Source of the DNA: an uncultured delta proteobacterium
GTDB taxonomy: Bacteria; Desulfobacterota; Zymogenia; Zymogenales; Zymogenaceae
Direction of reading: 5' to 3'
NCBI GenBank assembly: GCA_963735595.1
Contig: CAVTLK010000001.1
Location: 160,001-224,000 of the forward strand
DNA length: 64,000 nt
Shown here: piece by piece, positions 1 to 11,300 of the stretch
Layout: every line of letters starts with the position of its first letter
Position numbering within the stretch: position 1 is the first letter of the stretch
The notes under the pieces: model-generated
The model's database searches: none
Told to the model about the DNA's origin: nothing
The model's input: only the letters and a program-made list of their open reading frames with translations
Made by a program: the position numbers and the translations under genes

Positions 1-1312
1 CCGCGGTCTGGAAAAATTCTGTGAAGGTCGTCCGCATTATGAAATGCCGCAAATTACGCAGCGCATATGCGGAATATGTCCGATCAGCCACCACCTGGCG
101 GCCTCCAAGGCATGTGACGCCGTTTCCCGTGTGGAGCCTCCGCGACCCGGCAGATTGCTGCGCGAGCTAATACACATGGGCCAGTTTGTCCAATCTCACG
201 GCATGCATTTTTTCCACTTGGCGGCTCCCGACCTGCTGTTTGGCTTCGACTCAGATCCCGCAACGCGCAACGTTTTCAGGATAATTAAGGAAAATCCCCA
301 GTTAGCGCTGAAGGCTGTTACCATGCGGCGTTATGGTCAGCAAATAATCGAGAGGCTGGGCGGAAAACGTGTTCATGCTAATTTTTCGGTTGCCGGCGGA
401 GTTAACGCACCACTGACAGATGAGAATCGTAAGGCAATTGCATCAGAGCTAAAGGCCATAATCATAATTGCCCAAGAGGCAATCGGCATAGCGAAAGGAT
501 GGCTTGAAGCCAATGAGAAGCTGGCGGCCGAGTTTGCTTCGTTTCCGTCAAACTATATGGGACTGGTGGACGAAGAAGGAGGCCTCCAGCTGTACGACGG
601 CGAAATCCGCGCCAGAGATGCGCACGGTAACTTCCAGGCGCAGTTTAAGCCGGAACACTACCTGTCGTTCATCGGCGAGCACGTGGAGCCGTGGTCGTTC
701 CTGAAGCATCCATACCTCCGTAAGATGGGCTTTCCCCAGGGTTTTTACCGGGTCGGCCCGTTGGGCAGGCTCAATGTCATCGATAAAATAGGCACACCGC
801 TTGCCCAGGAGGAATTCAAGCTTTTCAGACGAATCAACGGCGGGATGCCCGTTGAGGGCTCTTTGTATTACCACTACGCGCGAATGATAGAGGCTCTGTA
901 TTGTCTGGAGCGTATCGGCAGCCTGCTGGACGATCCGGACATTATGTCCAATAACGTCCGCACGTATCCCCCGCTGGAAATTGTTCCCGGCCAGGGTGTG
1001 GGCGTCATTGAAGCGCCGCGGGGAACGCTTTTCCACGACTACGGCACGGATGAGGACGGCATCTTGACCAGGGTCAATCTTATCGTCGCCACCGGAAACA
1101 ACAACTGGGCGATGCATACCGCCGCGGGGGCAGTTGCCAAGGCATACGTTGACGGCACAAAGCTCACGGAGGGAATGCTCAACATGGTGGAAGCGGCCAT
1201 TCGGTGTTACGATCCATGCCTGTCCTGCTCAACGCACGCGATCGGCAAGATGCCGCTGGTCGTAACGCTGGTTGCCGCCGACGGGACGGTTCTCGATCGT
1301 ATCAGCCGTTAG
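1..1312 (+). CDS. hoxH: [NiFe]-hydrogenase large subunit, group 3 (HoxH/MvhA-like); 5' end lies before the window
   Basis: Frame is open from base 2 (RGLEKFCEGRPHYEMPQITQRICGICPISH, L1 motif). EAPRG motif, L2 motif DPCLSCSTH and a cleavable C-terminal extension. Group 3c versus 3d cannot be settled without the upstream genes. Confidence 0.9.
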   Translation, partial: RGLEKFCEGRPHYEMPQITQRICGICPISHHLAASKACDAVSRVEPPRPGRLLRELIHMGQFVQSHGMHFFHLAAPDLLFGFDSDPATRNVFRIIKENPQLALKAVTMRRYGQQIIERLGGKRVHANFSVAGGVNAPLTDENRKAIASELKAIIIIAQEAIGIAKGWLEANEKLAAEFASFPSNYMGLVDEEGGLQLYDGEIRARDAHGNFQAQFKPEHYLSFIGEHVEPWSFLKHPYLRKMGFPQGFYRVGPLGRLNVIDKIGTPLAQEEFKLFRRINGGMPVEGSLYYHYARMIEALYCLERIGSLLDDPDIMSNNVRTYPPLEIVPGQGVGVIEAPRGTLFHDYGTDEDGILTRVNLIVATGNNNWAMHTAAGAVAKAYVDGTKLTEGMLNMVEAAIRCYDPCLSCSTHAIGKMPLVVTLVAADGTVLDRISR

Positions 1313-1380
1313 AGGTATCAAATACAATCCCGGGCGGATAGGCCTTTGTGCGTATCCGCCCGCTTCTTCTCAGTAAGTAC

Positions 1381-1866
1381 ATGGGCAACAGGACGATTAT
1401 CATTGGATACGGCAATATAGATCGCGCGGATGACGGCGTTGCACTTTCCATTATCAACGAACTGAGGCGACGGCGAGGGAGAGGGGGACTGGAAGAGGGC
1501 GATACCGGGCTTGGCGATCTCAACGATCGTGCCGATTCGATCTTCATGCCCCAGCTGATGCCGGAGATAATGGAAAGGCTTACGGGTTATGACAGAATAA
1601 TCTTCGTCGATGCTCATGTCAGTCCTGATACGGAAGACATCAACTGCACGGCGGTTTTGCCGGAGTATTCGGCGCCCTCATTCACCCATCACATGACGCC
1701 GTCAGCGTTCTTGGCGTTTCTCGAGACCTTGTATCATTGCGAGCCGGAAGCATACGTGGTCTCGGTACTCGGACACGAGTTTGACTTTCGGCGAACCCTT
1801 TCGCCTCGGGTGCAGGCGCTCGTTCAAACGGCCGCAGATACTATCCTGGAATTGATGGATCGGTAA
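1381..1866 (+). CDS. Hydrogenase maturation protease (HoxW/HycI family)
   Basis: IIGYGNIDRADDG, IIFVDA and FTHH motifs; directly downstream of the large subunit gene. Alternative GTG start at 1348. Confidence 0.9.
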   Translation: MGNRTIIIGYGNIDRADDGVALSIINELRRRRGRGGLEEGDTGLGDLNDRADSIFMPQLMPEIMERLTGYDRIIFVDAHVSPDTEDINCTAVLPEYSAPSFTHHMTPSAFLAFLETLYHCEPEAYVVSVLGHEFDFRRTLSPRVQALVQTAADTILELMDR

Positions 1867-1982
1867 AAGGGTATTGCGCGACTCGTCGGGTGGGAATACC
1901 AGAAACACTTGAGCCAGCGATAGGCGCTTTTGACGCACGCACCCCCGGATCGACTCTGAAATCGCTTACGGTGCGCTCCCGG

Positions 1983-2885
1983 CTACTCGGGGACGACGAA
2001 GGCCTCCTTGGGCGCGATATTGACGATAAGGATGCCTATTGCCACCATCACGAGGCTCACCAACAGCTTCATTGAGAAGGGATCGCCCATGAATATGATA
2101 CCGAGGGCGACCGCGACAATCGGCATGATAAATACGAAAACGGAAAGGTGAGTGGCCTTGTACTTAAGCAGCAGTTTCGTCCAGCCGATATAGCCGTACC
2201 CGGCGACGATGACCGACTGATAGAAAAGAGAAATAAGCACGGTCGTATTGAGCACTTGAACGGTGCGGATCTCAAAGACCAGATAGAAGACCAGGAATAT
2301 AAAGATGCTGAGAACCATCGGGTGAAGCACTAACGGCAAAGAATGCCAGTGGTCGGTAAACCGCTTGATATAGATTGTCTGGGCGGCCCAGAGAAAGGAT
2401 GATCCCATAATGAGCGCGTCACCCAGGAGGTTTGCGGAATCCATCGCACCGTGCCCCGAGAAAAGTATCGAAACGCCAACGAAGGCAAGGACGATTCCCG
2501 AGACCTTACGCCACGTAAGGCGGTCGTCGGGAAGAGCGAAGTGCGCCATGATCGCGACGAAAAACGGCTGAGTATTCATGAGGACGCCGGCGTGAGATAC
2601 AGTCGTGTAGGTAATACCAACGTAGAAGACTGCCATCTGGAGACCGAAAATGACGCCCATAGCGACCGCGTGTCCCCATTCCGGAACGGAAAGCGCAACG
2701 GGTATCTTTTTGAATCGGGCATACGCCAATATAATGAGGGACGCGACCAGGAAGCGAAGCATCACGCATACGTAGGGAGACAATCCGAAAAGTGACAGCT
2801 TAATCGCCAGGGCATTGGAGCCGAACAGCAGGCACAAAAAAACCGCCAGAGCGGCGCCCGTGGAGTCCATGGGTTTTTCGGTCAT
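1983..2885 (-). CDS. DMT/EamA family transporter
   Basis: 300 aa with about 10 hydrophobic segments in two EamA-like halves (LRFLVA, NTQPFFVAIMAHFAL.DRLT). Confidence 0.88.
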   Translation of the reverse strand: MTEKPMDSTGAALAVFLCLLFGSNALAIKLSLFGLSPYVCVMLRFLVASLIILAYARFKKIPVALSVPEWGHAVAMGVIFGLQMAVFYVGITYTTVSHAGVLMNTQPFFVAIMAHFALPDDRLTWRKVSGIVLAFVGVSILFSGHGAMDSANLLGDALIMGSSFLWAAQTIYIKRFTDHWHSLPLVLHPMVLSIFIFLVFYLVFEIRTVQVLNTTVLISLFYQSVIVAGYGYIGWTKLLLKYKATHLSVFVFIMPIVAVALGIIFMGDPFSMKLLVSLVMVAIGILIVNIAPKEAFVVPE

Positions 2886-2995
2886 TGGATTCTCGTATCA
2901 GGTGCGCAATTATCGGGTTATAAGATATAGCGCTAAAATGTCACAGAGGGGAACCCGGATAGGGCATCCCCTTTTTCATTATCCCGTATTACCGT

Positions 2996-5365
2996 CTACA
3001 GGCCCAGGTCTTCCTTCCAGAAACGGCTCCCTTCTGATGGCCTACCGTATCCTCCTCCAACAGTCGGCAGAGTATCGGCTTTGAAGCACTCTATCGTGGC
3101 GCCCATCGATTCGTCATAGGAAAGATCCCCCGTCTCGGGGTCGACCGATTCAAAGACGACGCCCTCCGGGATCGGAAACGTTTCAATCGGCATGCCCTTG
3201 ACGGAGTCGTCCATGAAATCCAGCCAGATGGGAGCGGCGGCCTTGGCGCCCGTCTCGTAACGGCCGATTGTCTTTTCGTCGTCAAATCCGACCCAAACGC
3301 CGGAGGTCAGCTGCGGAATAAAGCCCATGAACCAGGCGTCTATATAATCATCGGTCGTGCCGGTCTTTCCGGCGCATGGGCGGCCAATGGCTCTAACGCG
3401 CGTGCCGGTTCCGGATTGCACGACGCTCTCCATGAGGCTTGTCATGATATAGGCGGTGGCGGGCGAGATAATCGGTTGAGACTTGGGGAAAGTCTCCTCG
3501 AGCACCTTCCCGTCGCGGTCGACGATCTTGGTAATGAATATCGGCTCGACACGTTTGCCGGCGTTATTAAAGACGCAGTATACACCGGTGAGTTCCTGGA
3601 GGGAAACGCCGATGGAGCCCAGGGCGATAGACGGGACCGGGTCCAGGGGAGACGTGATCCCGAGACGTTTGGCGTAGTCCACCACGTAGTCGGGCCCGAT
3701 ATCCAGGACAATCTTGACCGTTACGATATTGCGTGAAAGCGTCAGGGCCTTGCGGAACGAGGTGGGACCGTAAAACTCCCCGTCGTAATTTTTCGGTTTC
3801 CATACGCCGCCCCGGGAATACTTATCTTTATAGACAACCGGCGAATCGTAGATTATCGTCGCCGGCGTGTATCCCTTGTCGAGTGCGGCGGAATATATGA
3901 TCGGTTTAAACGACGATCCGGGCTGACGCCGAGCCATGATAGCGCGGTTAAATTCGCTCCGGCCGAAATCGTAGCCGCCCACCATTACCCTGACATAGCC
4001 GGTATCGGGCTCCATCGCAAAGATGGCGCCCTCCACGAGGGGCTCCTGGTCAAGGGCCAGACGATAGAGGCCGCTGCCTTCATCACGGCTCTTGACGGAC
4101 ACGAGAATAACGTCGCCTTTTTTAAGAGCAGAGGACGGTTTGCTGATGTAGTATTCCGGGGCCGCCGGGTTGAAGTCCCTGGCCCAGCTCATATCAGAAA
4201 GCGAAATCGTCCCTTCGCCGTTGCCGAGGTTCACGGTAACGAGGTTCTGGGCGTCATCCACTTTGGTTACGAGACCCGTATAGGTGTCGCCGATCGTGAA
4301 AGATTCGACGCCGTATTTTTCCTGGAGACCGGCGATGAAATTCTGGGCGTCCTCACCGGATAGATTATCGGCCGCACCGCGCCATCCCTGCCGTTTATCA
4401 AGCTCCTTAAGGCCACGCTTAAGGGCCTCGTCGGCATAACGGTGCATGTCCACATTCGCCGTTGTATAGACGGTGAGCCCCTCGCGATAGAGAGCGGTCG
4501 AGCCGTACTTATCCTCGACGTACCTGCGGACATATTCCGAAAAATAGGGGCACTTTTCCTTGGTCGGGTTTTCGATCGGTTTCAGGGTAATGTCGGTGGC
4601 GAGGGCCTCGTTCATCTCCTCTTCGGTAATGAAATGTTCCTTTACCATCATGTTAAGGACGTATTCCTGGCGTTCCTTGGCCTTTTCCCAGTGCTTGTAG
4701 GGAGAAAAGGCGTCGGGGGCCTTGGGTAATCCGGCAAGAAGAGTACATTCGGCAAGGTTGAGGTCTTCTACGGGTTTTCCGAAGTATACGGCCGAAGCGG
4801 CCTCAACGCCATAAGCGCCGTAACCGAGATATATTTGATTGAGATATAAGTAGAGGATCTCTTCCTTGGTCAGGTAGTTCTCAATCCTGTATGCAAGGAT
4901 TGCTTCCTTGATCTTCCGCGTGAAATCGACGTGGGGAGTCAGGAGAAGCGTCTTAATGAGCTGCTGCGTTATGGTACTCCCGCCCTCAACGATGCGGCCG
5001 GCCTCAAGGTTGTGAATAAAAGCGCGGATGATACCCCGGACATCGATGCCGGGATGTCTAAAAAAGCCCCCGTCTTCAGCAGCAACGAACGCCAGAACGA
5101 GCACCTTAGGGATATTTTCGTACGGAACGACGATGCGCCGCTCAACGAAGTACTCCCCGATAAGGTCCCCGCTATCTCCATACACCTTCGTAATAATGCT
5201 GGGGCGGTAGTCTTTCAGAGCGGACTCGCTCGGCAAGTCGCTGGAAAAGAAGAAGTATACGCCGAGGGAGACCGACGCCGTGAGTACCATAAATACGACG
5301 GTGATGAACAGGAAGATGGACAAAGCCATCTTCCTCTTGACGGACTTGGTTTCAGAGAGCATCAT
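2996..5365 (-). CDS. mrcA: Penicillin-binding protein 1A (class A PBP)
   Basis: N-terminal TM helix; transglycosylase motifs (AEDGGFFRH, GGSTITQQL, RKIKE); transpeptidase motifs SSFK, SRN, KTG. Start uncertain (5365, 5407 or 5440). Confidence 0.93.
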   Translation of the reverse strand: MMLSETKSVKRKMALSIFLFITVVFMVLTASVSLGVYFFFSSDLPSESALKDYRPSIITKVYGDSGDLIGEYFVERRIVVPYENIPKVLVLAFVAAEDGGFFRHPGIDVRGIIRAFIHNLEAGRIVEGGSTITQQLIKTLLLTPHVDFTRKIKEAILAYRIENYLTKEEILYLYLNQIYLGYGAYGVEAASAVYFGKPVEDLNLAECTLLAGLPKAPDAFSPYKHWEKAKERQEYVLNMMVKEHFITEEEMNEALATDITLKPIENPTKEKCPYFSEYVRRYVEDKYGSTALYREGLTVYTTANVDMHRYADEALKRGLKELDKRQGWRGAADNLSGEDAQNFIAGLQEKYGVESFTIGDTYTGLVTKVDDAQNLVTVNLGNGEGTISLSDMSWARDFNPAAPEYYISKPSSALKKGDVILVSVKSRDEGSGLYRLALDQEPLVEGAIFAMEPDTGYVRVMVGGYDFGRSEFNRAIMARRQPGSSFKPIIYSAALDKGYTPATIIYDSPVVYKDKYSRGGVWKPKNYDGEFYGPTSFRKALTLSRNIVTVKIVLDIGPDYVVDYAKRLGITSPLDPVPSIALGSIGVSLQELTGVYCVFNNAGKRVEPIFITKIVDRDGKVLEETFPKSQPIISPATAYIMTSLMESVVQSGTGTRVRAIGRPCAGKTGTTDDYIDAWFMGFIPQLTSGVWVGFDDEKTIGRYETGAKAAAPIWLDFMDDSVKGMPIETFPIPEGVVFESVDPETGDLSYDESMGATIECFKADTLPTVGGGYGRPSEGSRFWKEDLGL

Positions 5366-5520
5366 CAGGCTCTCTTCCGAGGAGAGATACCCTTTGGGTT
5401 TAAACATGTTGTGTTGTGGTAATCTGAGCTTAAGTTTCAATTATATCTCTCTTCTATTCGATAGTTCTTCCATTAAAGTTAGACACCGGGCAGGCGCTCT
5501 GTGTTCCCGTGGAAAAGACG

Positions 5521-6501
5521 CTAGAGCATCTTTTCGACAAAGGCCGAAGCCCTGAGATCCTTCATCCAGCGGTCAAAATAGGTGAGGGTTTTCTGATACC
5601 GTATGGTCGCGACAATCTCCGATTTCACATCGTCCACGCTAATAGCAGCTATAGGGCGCGAATCGGTGACTTTGAAAATTATAAAGCCGTTTGGCATAGC
5701 GAGTACGTCGCTGATCTGTCCGACCTTCATGCTGTTGAGCAGGGAAAGGAATCCAGGGTCCAGGGTATTGGATTGAAGGAAGCCCATATCTCCACCGGTT
5801 TCTGCGTCGGGCGTCATCGAGTATTCCTTTGCCATCGCCTCAAAGGAAGCACCAGATTTCAGCTTCTTGTGTACCATATCGGCCTTGGCGCGTATGGCGA
5901 CGGCAACCGACTCGGTAGTATCGGACGCAAGTGGGAAGACGATCTCACTGACGCGGTATTCCTTTCGGTCTTTGAAATCTGCGTTGTGCTCCTTAAAATA
6001 GGCGGCTATTTCCTCATCGGTTACGATGATGTGAGACGAGAGCTTTCGGGAAACTATCTGTTCTTTCTTGATTGAATACTCGATTTGGCTCTTGTATTCA
6101 TCGTACGTCATCCCGTCCTTGGCCAGAACCAGCATAAGGTCCTGCTTGCTCATGCCGTCAACTTTTAGTCGTTCCGCTATGAGCCGGTCAATCTCGATCG
6201 GAGTGATGTCAAAACCTTCTTTTTTAACGGCCTGATCGAGCAGTCTCTTAAGGATAATCTGTTCCAGAACTACTTCCCGGGCTTCCTTAACGGTCATACC
6301 GTTCGAAAGGATTGCGGCGGGATCGCCTTTCATGTCGTTGCCCCCTTCAGCGATAAGCTCGCTCATGGTAATTACATCGTCGTTAACGATGGCGATTACC
6401 TTATCGCTGACTTCGGCGGCGTTAACTACGGGGAGGGAAAGGGCGCCGATGATGGTACATATACAGAGAGCGACGTACAGTAAGGCCTTGCTGCTATTCA
6501 T
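5521..6501 (-). CDS. surA: SurA-like periplasmic chaperone / parvulin PPIase
   Basis: Signal peptide, SurA N-domain (DKVIAIVNDDVIT), rotamase motif FEAMAKEYS..GGDMG; GGAGG before the ATG at 6501. Confidence 0.82.
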   Translation of the reverse strand: MNSSKALLYVALCICTIIGALSLPVVNAAEVSDKVIAIVNDDVITMSELIAEGGNDMKGDPAAILSNGMTVKEAREVVLEQIILKRLLDQAVKKEGFDITPIEIDRLIAERLKVDGMSKQDLMLVLAKDGMTYDEYKSQIEYSIKKEQIVSRKLSSHIIVTDEEIAAYFKEHNADFKDRKEYRVSEIVFPLASDTTESVAVAIRAKADMVHKKLKSGASFEAMAKEYSMTPDAETGGDMGFLQSNTLDPGFLSLLNSMKVGQISDVLAMPNGFIIFKVTDSRPIAAISVDDVKSEIVATIRYQKTLTYFDRWMKDLRASAFVEKML

Positions 6502-6547
6502 AGATACCTCCATTGTCTCACCGTTGCGTTTTATTAGCGTCGCGGTT

Positions 6548-7507
6548 CTATAGTTTAATCTTTTCCAGAACCGAAGGATTTACTTCTATTTTCGTGTTTT
6601 TCCTAATCTGCTCAAACCATTCCCCGTACTTTTCCTCGGATTTCAGCCGTTTGAGTTTCTCTTCTATCTCGGGCCGCGCCTCTTCCAGCGAGAGCATCTT
6701 GGCCTCTCGCCGATCGACTATCTTGAAGAGATGGAACCCGTATTCGCTCTCCACCACCTCGGAGAGATCGCCGGGCTTCATTGTAAAGACGACGGAAAAT
6801 GAGGGGGGCATCTCAGCCTCGCTGAAGAAGCCGAGGTCACCGCCTTTTTCCGAGTCCGGTGAAATGGAATAGGTCTTGGCGAGTTCCGAAAAATCGCCCC
6901 CTCCTTTGATTTCATCAAGGATCGTTTGCGCCTGTTCTCTGGTTTCGAGCATTATCTGAAGCGCCCTGACACGGGTGGGGGAATTGTATAGATCAAGATG
7001 ATCATCGTAGTATTTCTTGACTTCCTCGGGAGTTACCGTGATGTTCGAGCCGGCAACGGCCTTAACCAGCTTATCGAGCAGTATCTGATACTCGATCTCC
7101 TTTTTCCACGACGGGATATCGATGTTTTCTTCCTTCATGCGCGAATTGAACGTATCGGAATCGGGATACTCACCGACGATCCTGTTGATCTGCTCGTTCA
7201 TCTCGGCCTCGGAAACGGTTATTCCGAGCTTACCGGCTTCGGTGATCAGCAGTTTCTTTTCGATAAGTTGATTGAGAAGGCTCATCTTTAAGGTCTTGAT
7301 GCCTTCCGGGTCCAGGGAATCTCCCTTGGGAAGCTGTGACTTGAGTTTTTCAAGTGAATTCCTGTACTCCGAAAGGGTGATGGGGGTCCCATTGACCGTA
7401 GCGAGCACCTCATCTTCATCGGTTGCCCTGTCTTTGAGCCCGCACCCCGCCGCGAGAAATAGGAGGATACCCGAAAAGGCGATGAGAAGTAGTGTGTTGC
7501 GTTTCAT
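6548..7507 (-). CDS. PpiC/parvulin-type peptidyl-prolyl isomerase, lipoprotein (PrsA-like)
   Basis: Lipobox LAAGC; motifs FSELAKTYS..GGDLGFF and SEYGFHLFK. Confidence 0.88.
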   Translation of the reverse strand: MKRNTLLLIAFSGILLFLAAGCGLKDRATDEDEVLATVNGTPITLSEYRNSLEKLKSQLPKGDSLDPEGIKTLKMSLLNQLIEKKLLITEAGKLGITVSEAEMNEQINRIVGEYPDSDTFNSRMKEENIDIPSWKKEIEYQILLDKLVKAVAGSNITVTPEEVKKYYDDHLDLYNSPTRVRALQIMLETREQAQTILDEIKGGGDFSELAKTYSISPDSEKGGDLGFFSEAEMPPSFSVVFTMKPGDLSEVVESEYGFHLFKIVDRREAKMLSLEEARPEIEEKLKRLKSEEKYGEWFEQIRKNTKIEVNPSVLEKIKL

Positions 7508-7514
7508 GTCTCTC

Positions 7515-8354
7515 TCACAATTCTTTCAACAGATCGTCATTTATCTCGATGGTAATCCCTTTTTCGAGTTTCTTAACGAAGTTCTCGAAAAACTCCTTTT
7601 CCTTCTGGTCGGTTAGCAGCTCCCGAATCTTTTTTGATGCCTCGTCATAGGGAATCGTCCTTGTCGCTCTTGGCCTGTCAAGCCTGATGATGTGGTAGCC
7701 GAAGTCCGTCTCAATTATAGGGCTGATCTCGTTCGGTTTTTCGAGAGCAAATACCGCATCTTCGAACTCCGGTATCATCTGTCCTCGGGTAATCTCCCCG
7801 ATGCTCCCTCCCGACTCGGCACCCGGCCCGATCGAAAATTTCTTGGCTAAATCAGAGAAACTCTCGCCCCGCTTCAGGAGGGCCATAATCATCTCTGCGT
7901 CTTCCCGGGTACGTACTACGATATAGCTCGCTTCCAGGGTTTCGGTTGTGAACTGGCTTCGATGGTTCTCGTAATAGTCCTTAATTTCCTTGTCGGTAAC
8001 AACGGTCTCTCCCTCAATCTGCCTGTTGAGAAGCTCATTGATTAAAAGGTTGCGCCGATAGTTTTCTATCTTATACCGGATTGCCTCGTTGTTCTGAAGC
8101 CCGAGTCGGAGCGCTTCCTGGAGCAACATCTCTCGAACGATAATCTTGTTGAGAAATTCTTTCCTGTCCTCGATGGTTCTGAGACTGTTCCTCTGGGCCT
8201 CCGGGAGGTTATCCTTTTCCCAGAGATACTCTTCTACGGTAATCTCATGGCCGTTAAAACGAGCCAAGACCTTATCGTCGCTGCAACTTGAAAGATACAG
8301 CACGAGAAAGACGATAAATGCGAGTGTAGCCAGTGTTGCCGTATTACGGTTCAT
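7515..8354 (-). CDS. PpiC/parvulin-type peptidyl-prolyl isomerase, probable lipoprotein
   Basis: LSSC lipobox; motifs FSDLAKKFS..GGSIG..MIPEFE and TDFGYHII. The ATG at 8354 avoids overlap with mfd. Confidence 0.85.
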   Translation of the reverse strand: MNRNTATLATLAFIVFLVLYLSSCSDDKVLARFNGHEITVEEYLWEKDNLPEAQRNSLRTIEDRKEFLNKIIVREMLLQEALRLGLQNNEAIRYKIENYRRNLLINELLNRQIEGETVVTDKEIKDYYENHRSQFTTETLEASYIVVRTREDAEMIMALLKRGESFSDLAKKFSIGPGAESGGSIGEITRGQMIPEFEDAVFALEKPNEISPIIETDFGYHIIRLDRPRATRTIPYDEASKKIRELLTDQKEKEFFENFVKKLEKGITIEINDDLLKEL

Positions 8355-8376
8355 TCGGGATAACAAACGATATTCT

Positions 8377-11300
8377 TTAAAGCGTAACATACGGGGACAA
8401 CCTTTGCAATACATTTTTCAGGTCGTCCAGGAGCCGCTCGCCGGACGTATGTTCGGGGCGAAATCGAAACGTCCCATCAGGAGAAAGCGCAAAGGCATCG
8501 GGCCTTTCCTTTACCAGCGCGACAATACCTTCCGTATCAAAACGGGCCTTATCGAAGAACGTCATGGTGATAGTTGCCTTTCTATATTTGATACCCGTAA
8601 CCCAGCAATCGCGGGCGGCGAGCCTGAGCTCGACGAGGCTGATAAGGCTTCTTATTTCTTCAGGCGGCGGACCGAATCTGTCGGTGATCTCTGCTGCAAT
8701 TTCCATTAGATGCGTCGTATTCCGAATGCCGATAAGCCGCCGATAGAGGCCCAGGCGGATATCCGAATCGTCTATGTAGCCGGAGGGGATATAACCCGCC
8801 ACCGGGATCTGGATCTCCGTTTCGATTTCTACGGGCGTATCCCCGCCCTTTATTTGAACGAGCGCCTGCTCTACCATTTCCTTATACAGCTCATAGCCTA
8901 CGGCATTGATGTGTCCCGATTGATCGGCGCCCAGCAGATTTCCTGCGCCACGAATCTCGAGGTCGTACTCGGCAACTCGGATACCGGAACCGAGGTGAGA
9001 AAACTCGTTGATAACCGAGAGGCGCTTGCGGGCGTCGGGGGTCAGTGCCAACGAGCTTGGGATGAGGAAGTAAGCGTACGCCCTTACCGATGAGCGGCCG
9101 ACGCGGCCCCGGATCTGGTAAAGCTGAGCGAGGCCGAAGGTATCTGCCCGATTGACGACGATGGTGTTGGCCGACGGGATATCCAGCCCCGATTCAATGA
9201 TTGCAGTTGAAAGGAGGACATCGATGCGTTTGTCCACAAAGCCGAGCATAACCCGCTCAAGCTCGTGCTCTTCCATCTGGCCGTGGGCCGTGCCGATCCT
9301 GACCTCGGGCACGAGTCGTTCGAGGTATTTCTGCATGGCGGCCATGCTCCTAATCCGGTTATGCACAAAGAACACCTGCCCACCCCGAGAGATCTCCCGC
9401 GTGATTGCCTCCTTGATCACCTCGGGATCAAACTCCGAGATATAGGTCTTGACCGAGAGGCGGTTGGGCGGCGGGGTGTTGATAATCGAGATATCACGTA
9501 TTCCCATGATCGACATTGAGAGAGTCCTTGGGATCGGCGTTGCCGTCATGGTCAGGACGTCGACCTGTGTCTTAAGTCTCTTGATCTTTTCCTTGTGGGA
9601 TACCCCGAAGCGGTGTTCTTCGTCCACAATAAGGAGCCCAAGATTGGGAAGAGATATATCTTTGCTGATCAGCCGATGGGTGCCGATTACGATGTCCACC
9701 GTGCCCCGGGCGAGTTCGTCGATAACTTCCTTTTGCTCTTTTTTGGAGAGAAATCGGGAGAGCATCCGTACCTGTACCGGGAAGTCGGCGAACCGCTCCC
9801 TGAAGGTGTTAAAGTGCTGTTCCGCAAGGATTGTCGTGGGTACGATGAGGGCAACTTGTTTGTGGTCCATGACGGCAAGATACGAAGCCCGCATTGCCAC
9901 CTCGGTCTTTCCGTAACCGACGTCTCCGGCGATAAGCCGATCCATCGGGGTTGGGCGTGTCATGTCGGCAATGATATCCCGGACGGCCGAAAGCTGGTCG
10001 GGCGTCTCCTCAAACGCAAAGAGGGCTTCAAATTCGGAGAAGTCGGGCCCCGGCTTCGGGAACGCATATCCCGGCAGGGCCTTACGGGAAGCATACAGGG
10101 CGGCAAGCTCATGGGCCATCGCCAAGATGTGGGCCTTCACCTTTTTCTTCGACCGCTCCCAGGCCGCACTGCCGAGCTTATCCAGGGCCGGCGCCTGTCC
10201 GTCCGAACCCCGATACCGATGGATCAGCGATATCTTATCAACGGGAACGTACAGCCTGTCGTTTCCGTCATATTCGAGATGCACGAAATCTCCGGAGACA
10301 CCCATCACTTTCAGGTTGACCAAACCGATAAATTTTCCGATCCCGAAACGAGAGTGAGCCACGAAATCACCGGGGGCAAGCATACCTACGGCGTTGATCG
10401 CCTCTCCGGCATCCTGCCTTTTGAAGCGTTTGACCTTGGCCTTGGTTCCGAAAATCTCCTCTTCGGTGATTACCGAGAGTCCCCCCGCGGGGTCCTCAAA
10501 TCCCTCGCGCAGAGTGCCAATGAGGATGCCGGCCCGGTGACCCTCCGAGAGCCATGGCCAAAAGGAGAGGTCGGTCGGCTCGAGGTCAACGCCGTGCGAA
10601 GACAGCAGGACCTTCATACGGTCCGCCTGCGACGGAGTAAGGCATACGAGGGCGACGGCGCCCCCTTGTTCCCGGACTTCGGTGATCTTTTTTACCAGGG
10701 GGGTGAGGATGGTTTCTCCTCGCCGATCTCTGCTGATGGTCGCCCGAAGCTCCTTATGGCTGGAGGTCAGGGCGGTAAGGATCGTGTCCGAAGGGGCCGT
10801 TTGAAGAGGATTGATCCCGATTGCCCTGTTTGCCGATAATAACGAGCGGGTCTCGCTCACGTCCAGAAACGCCGATTCGACCGGTGCAACCGGCTCCTTT
10901 CTCTCTACCGCCCTCCGGTATAGATCCATGGCCGATGCCATAAAGTGGTCGGCTTCCTCCCAGACCGATTCCGGCTCATCGATATACATGGGGACGCCGG
11001 CCGGCAGGTAATCGAAGATCGTCTCAAGCTCACCGTATAACGAAACCGCCGACCAGCCAATCCCCGGCGGCGTACGATAACCTTCGAGATCACCGATTGC
11101 TTCCCGGATCCGATTGACGGGCGTCCGCAGCTGAGCGCCCCGTCGGCGTATCCAGCGCAGACCGTATTTGAGAGTGGCCTCGGTGAGAATCACCTCGGAA
11201 ACAGGAATGATCTCGGCCTTTTGAATCTGCTCAATAGATCGTTGTGTCAGCGGATCGAATGTCCTCATGGACAGTATCGTATCCCCAAAAAACTCAACCC

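Noticed and set aside
1200..1240. Selenocysteine in the hydrogenase L2 motif
   Set aside because: DPCLSC uses ordinary Cys codons; there is no in-frame TGA.
9595..10839. 414-aa plus-strand ORF
   Set aside because: Antisense shadow of mfd with no recognisable motifs; expected in GC-rich coding DNA.
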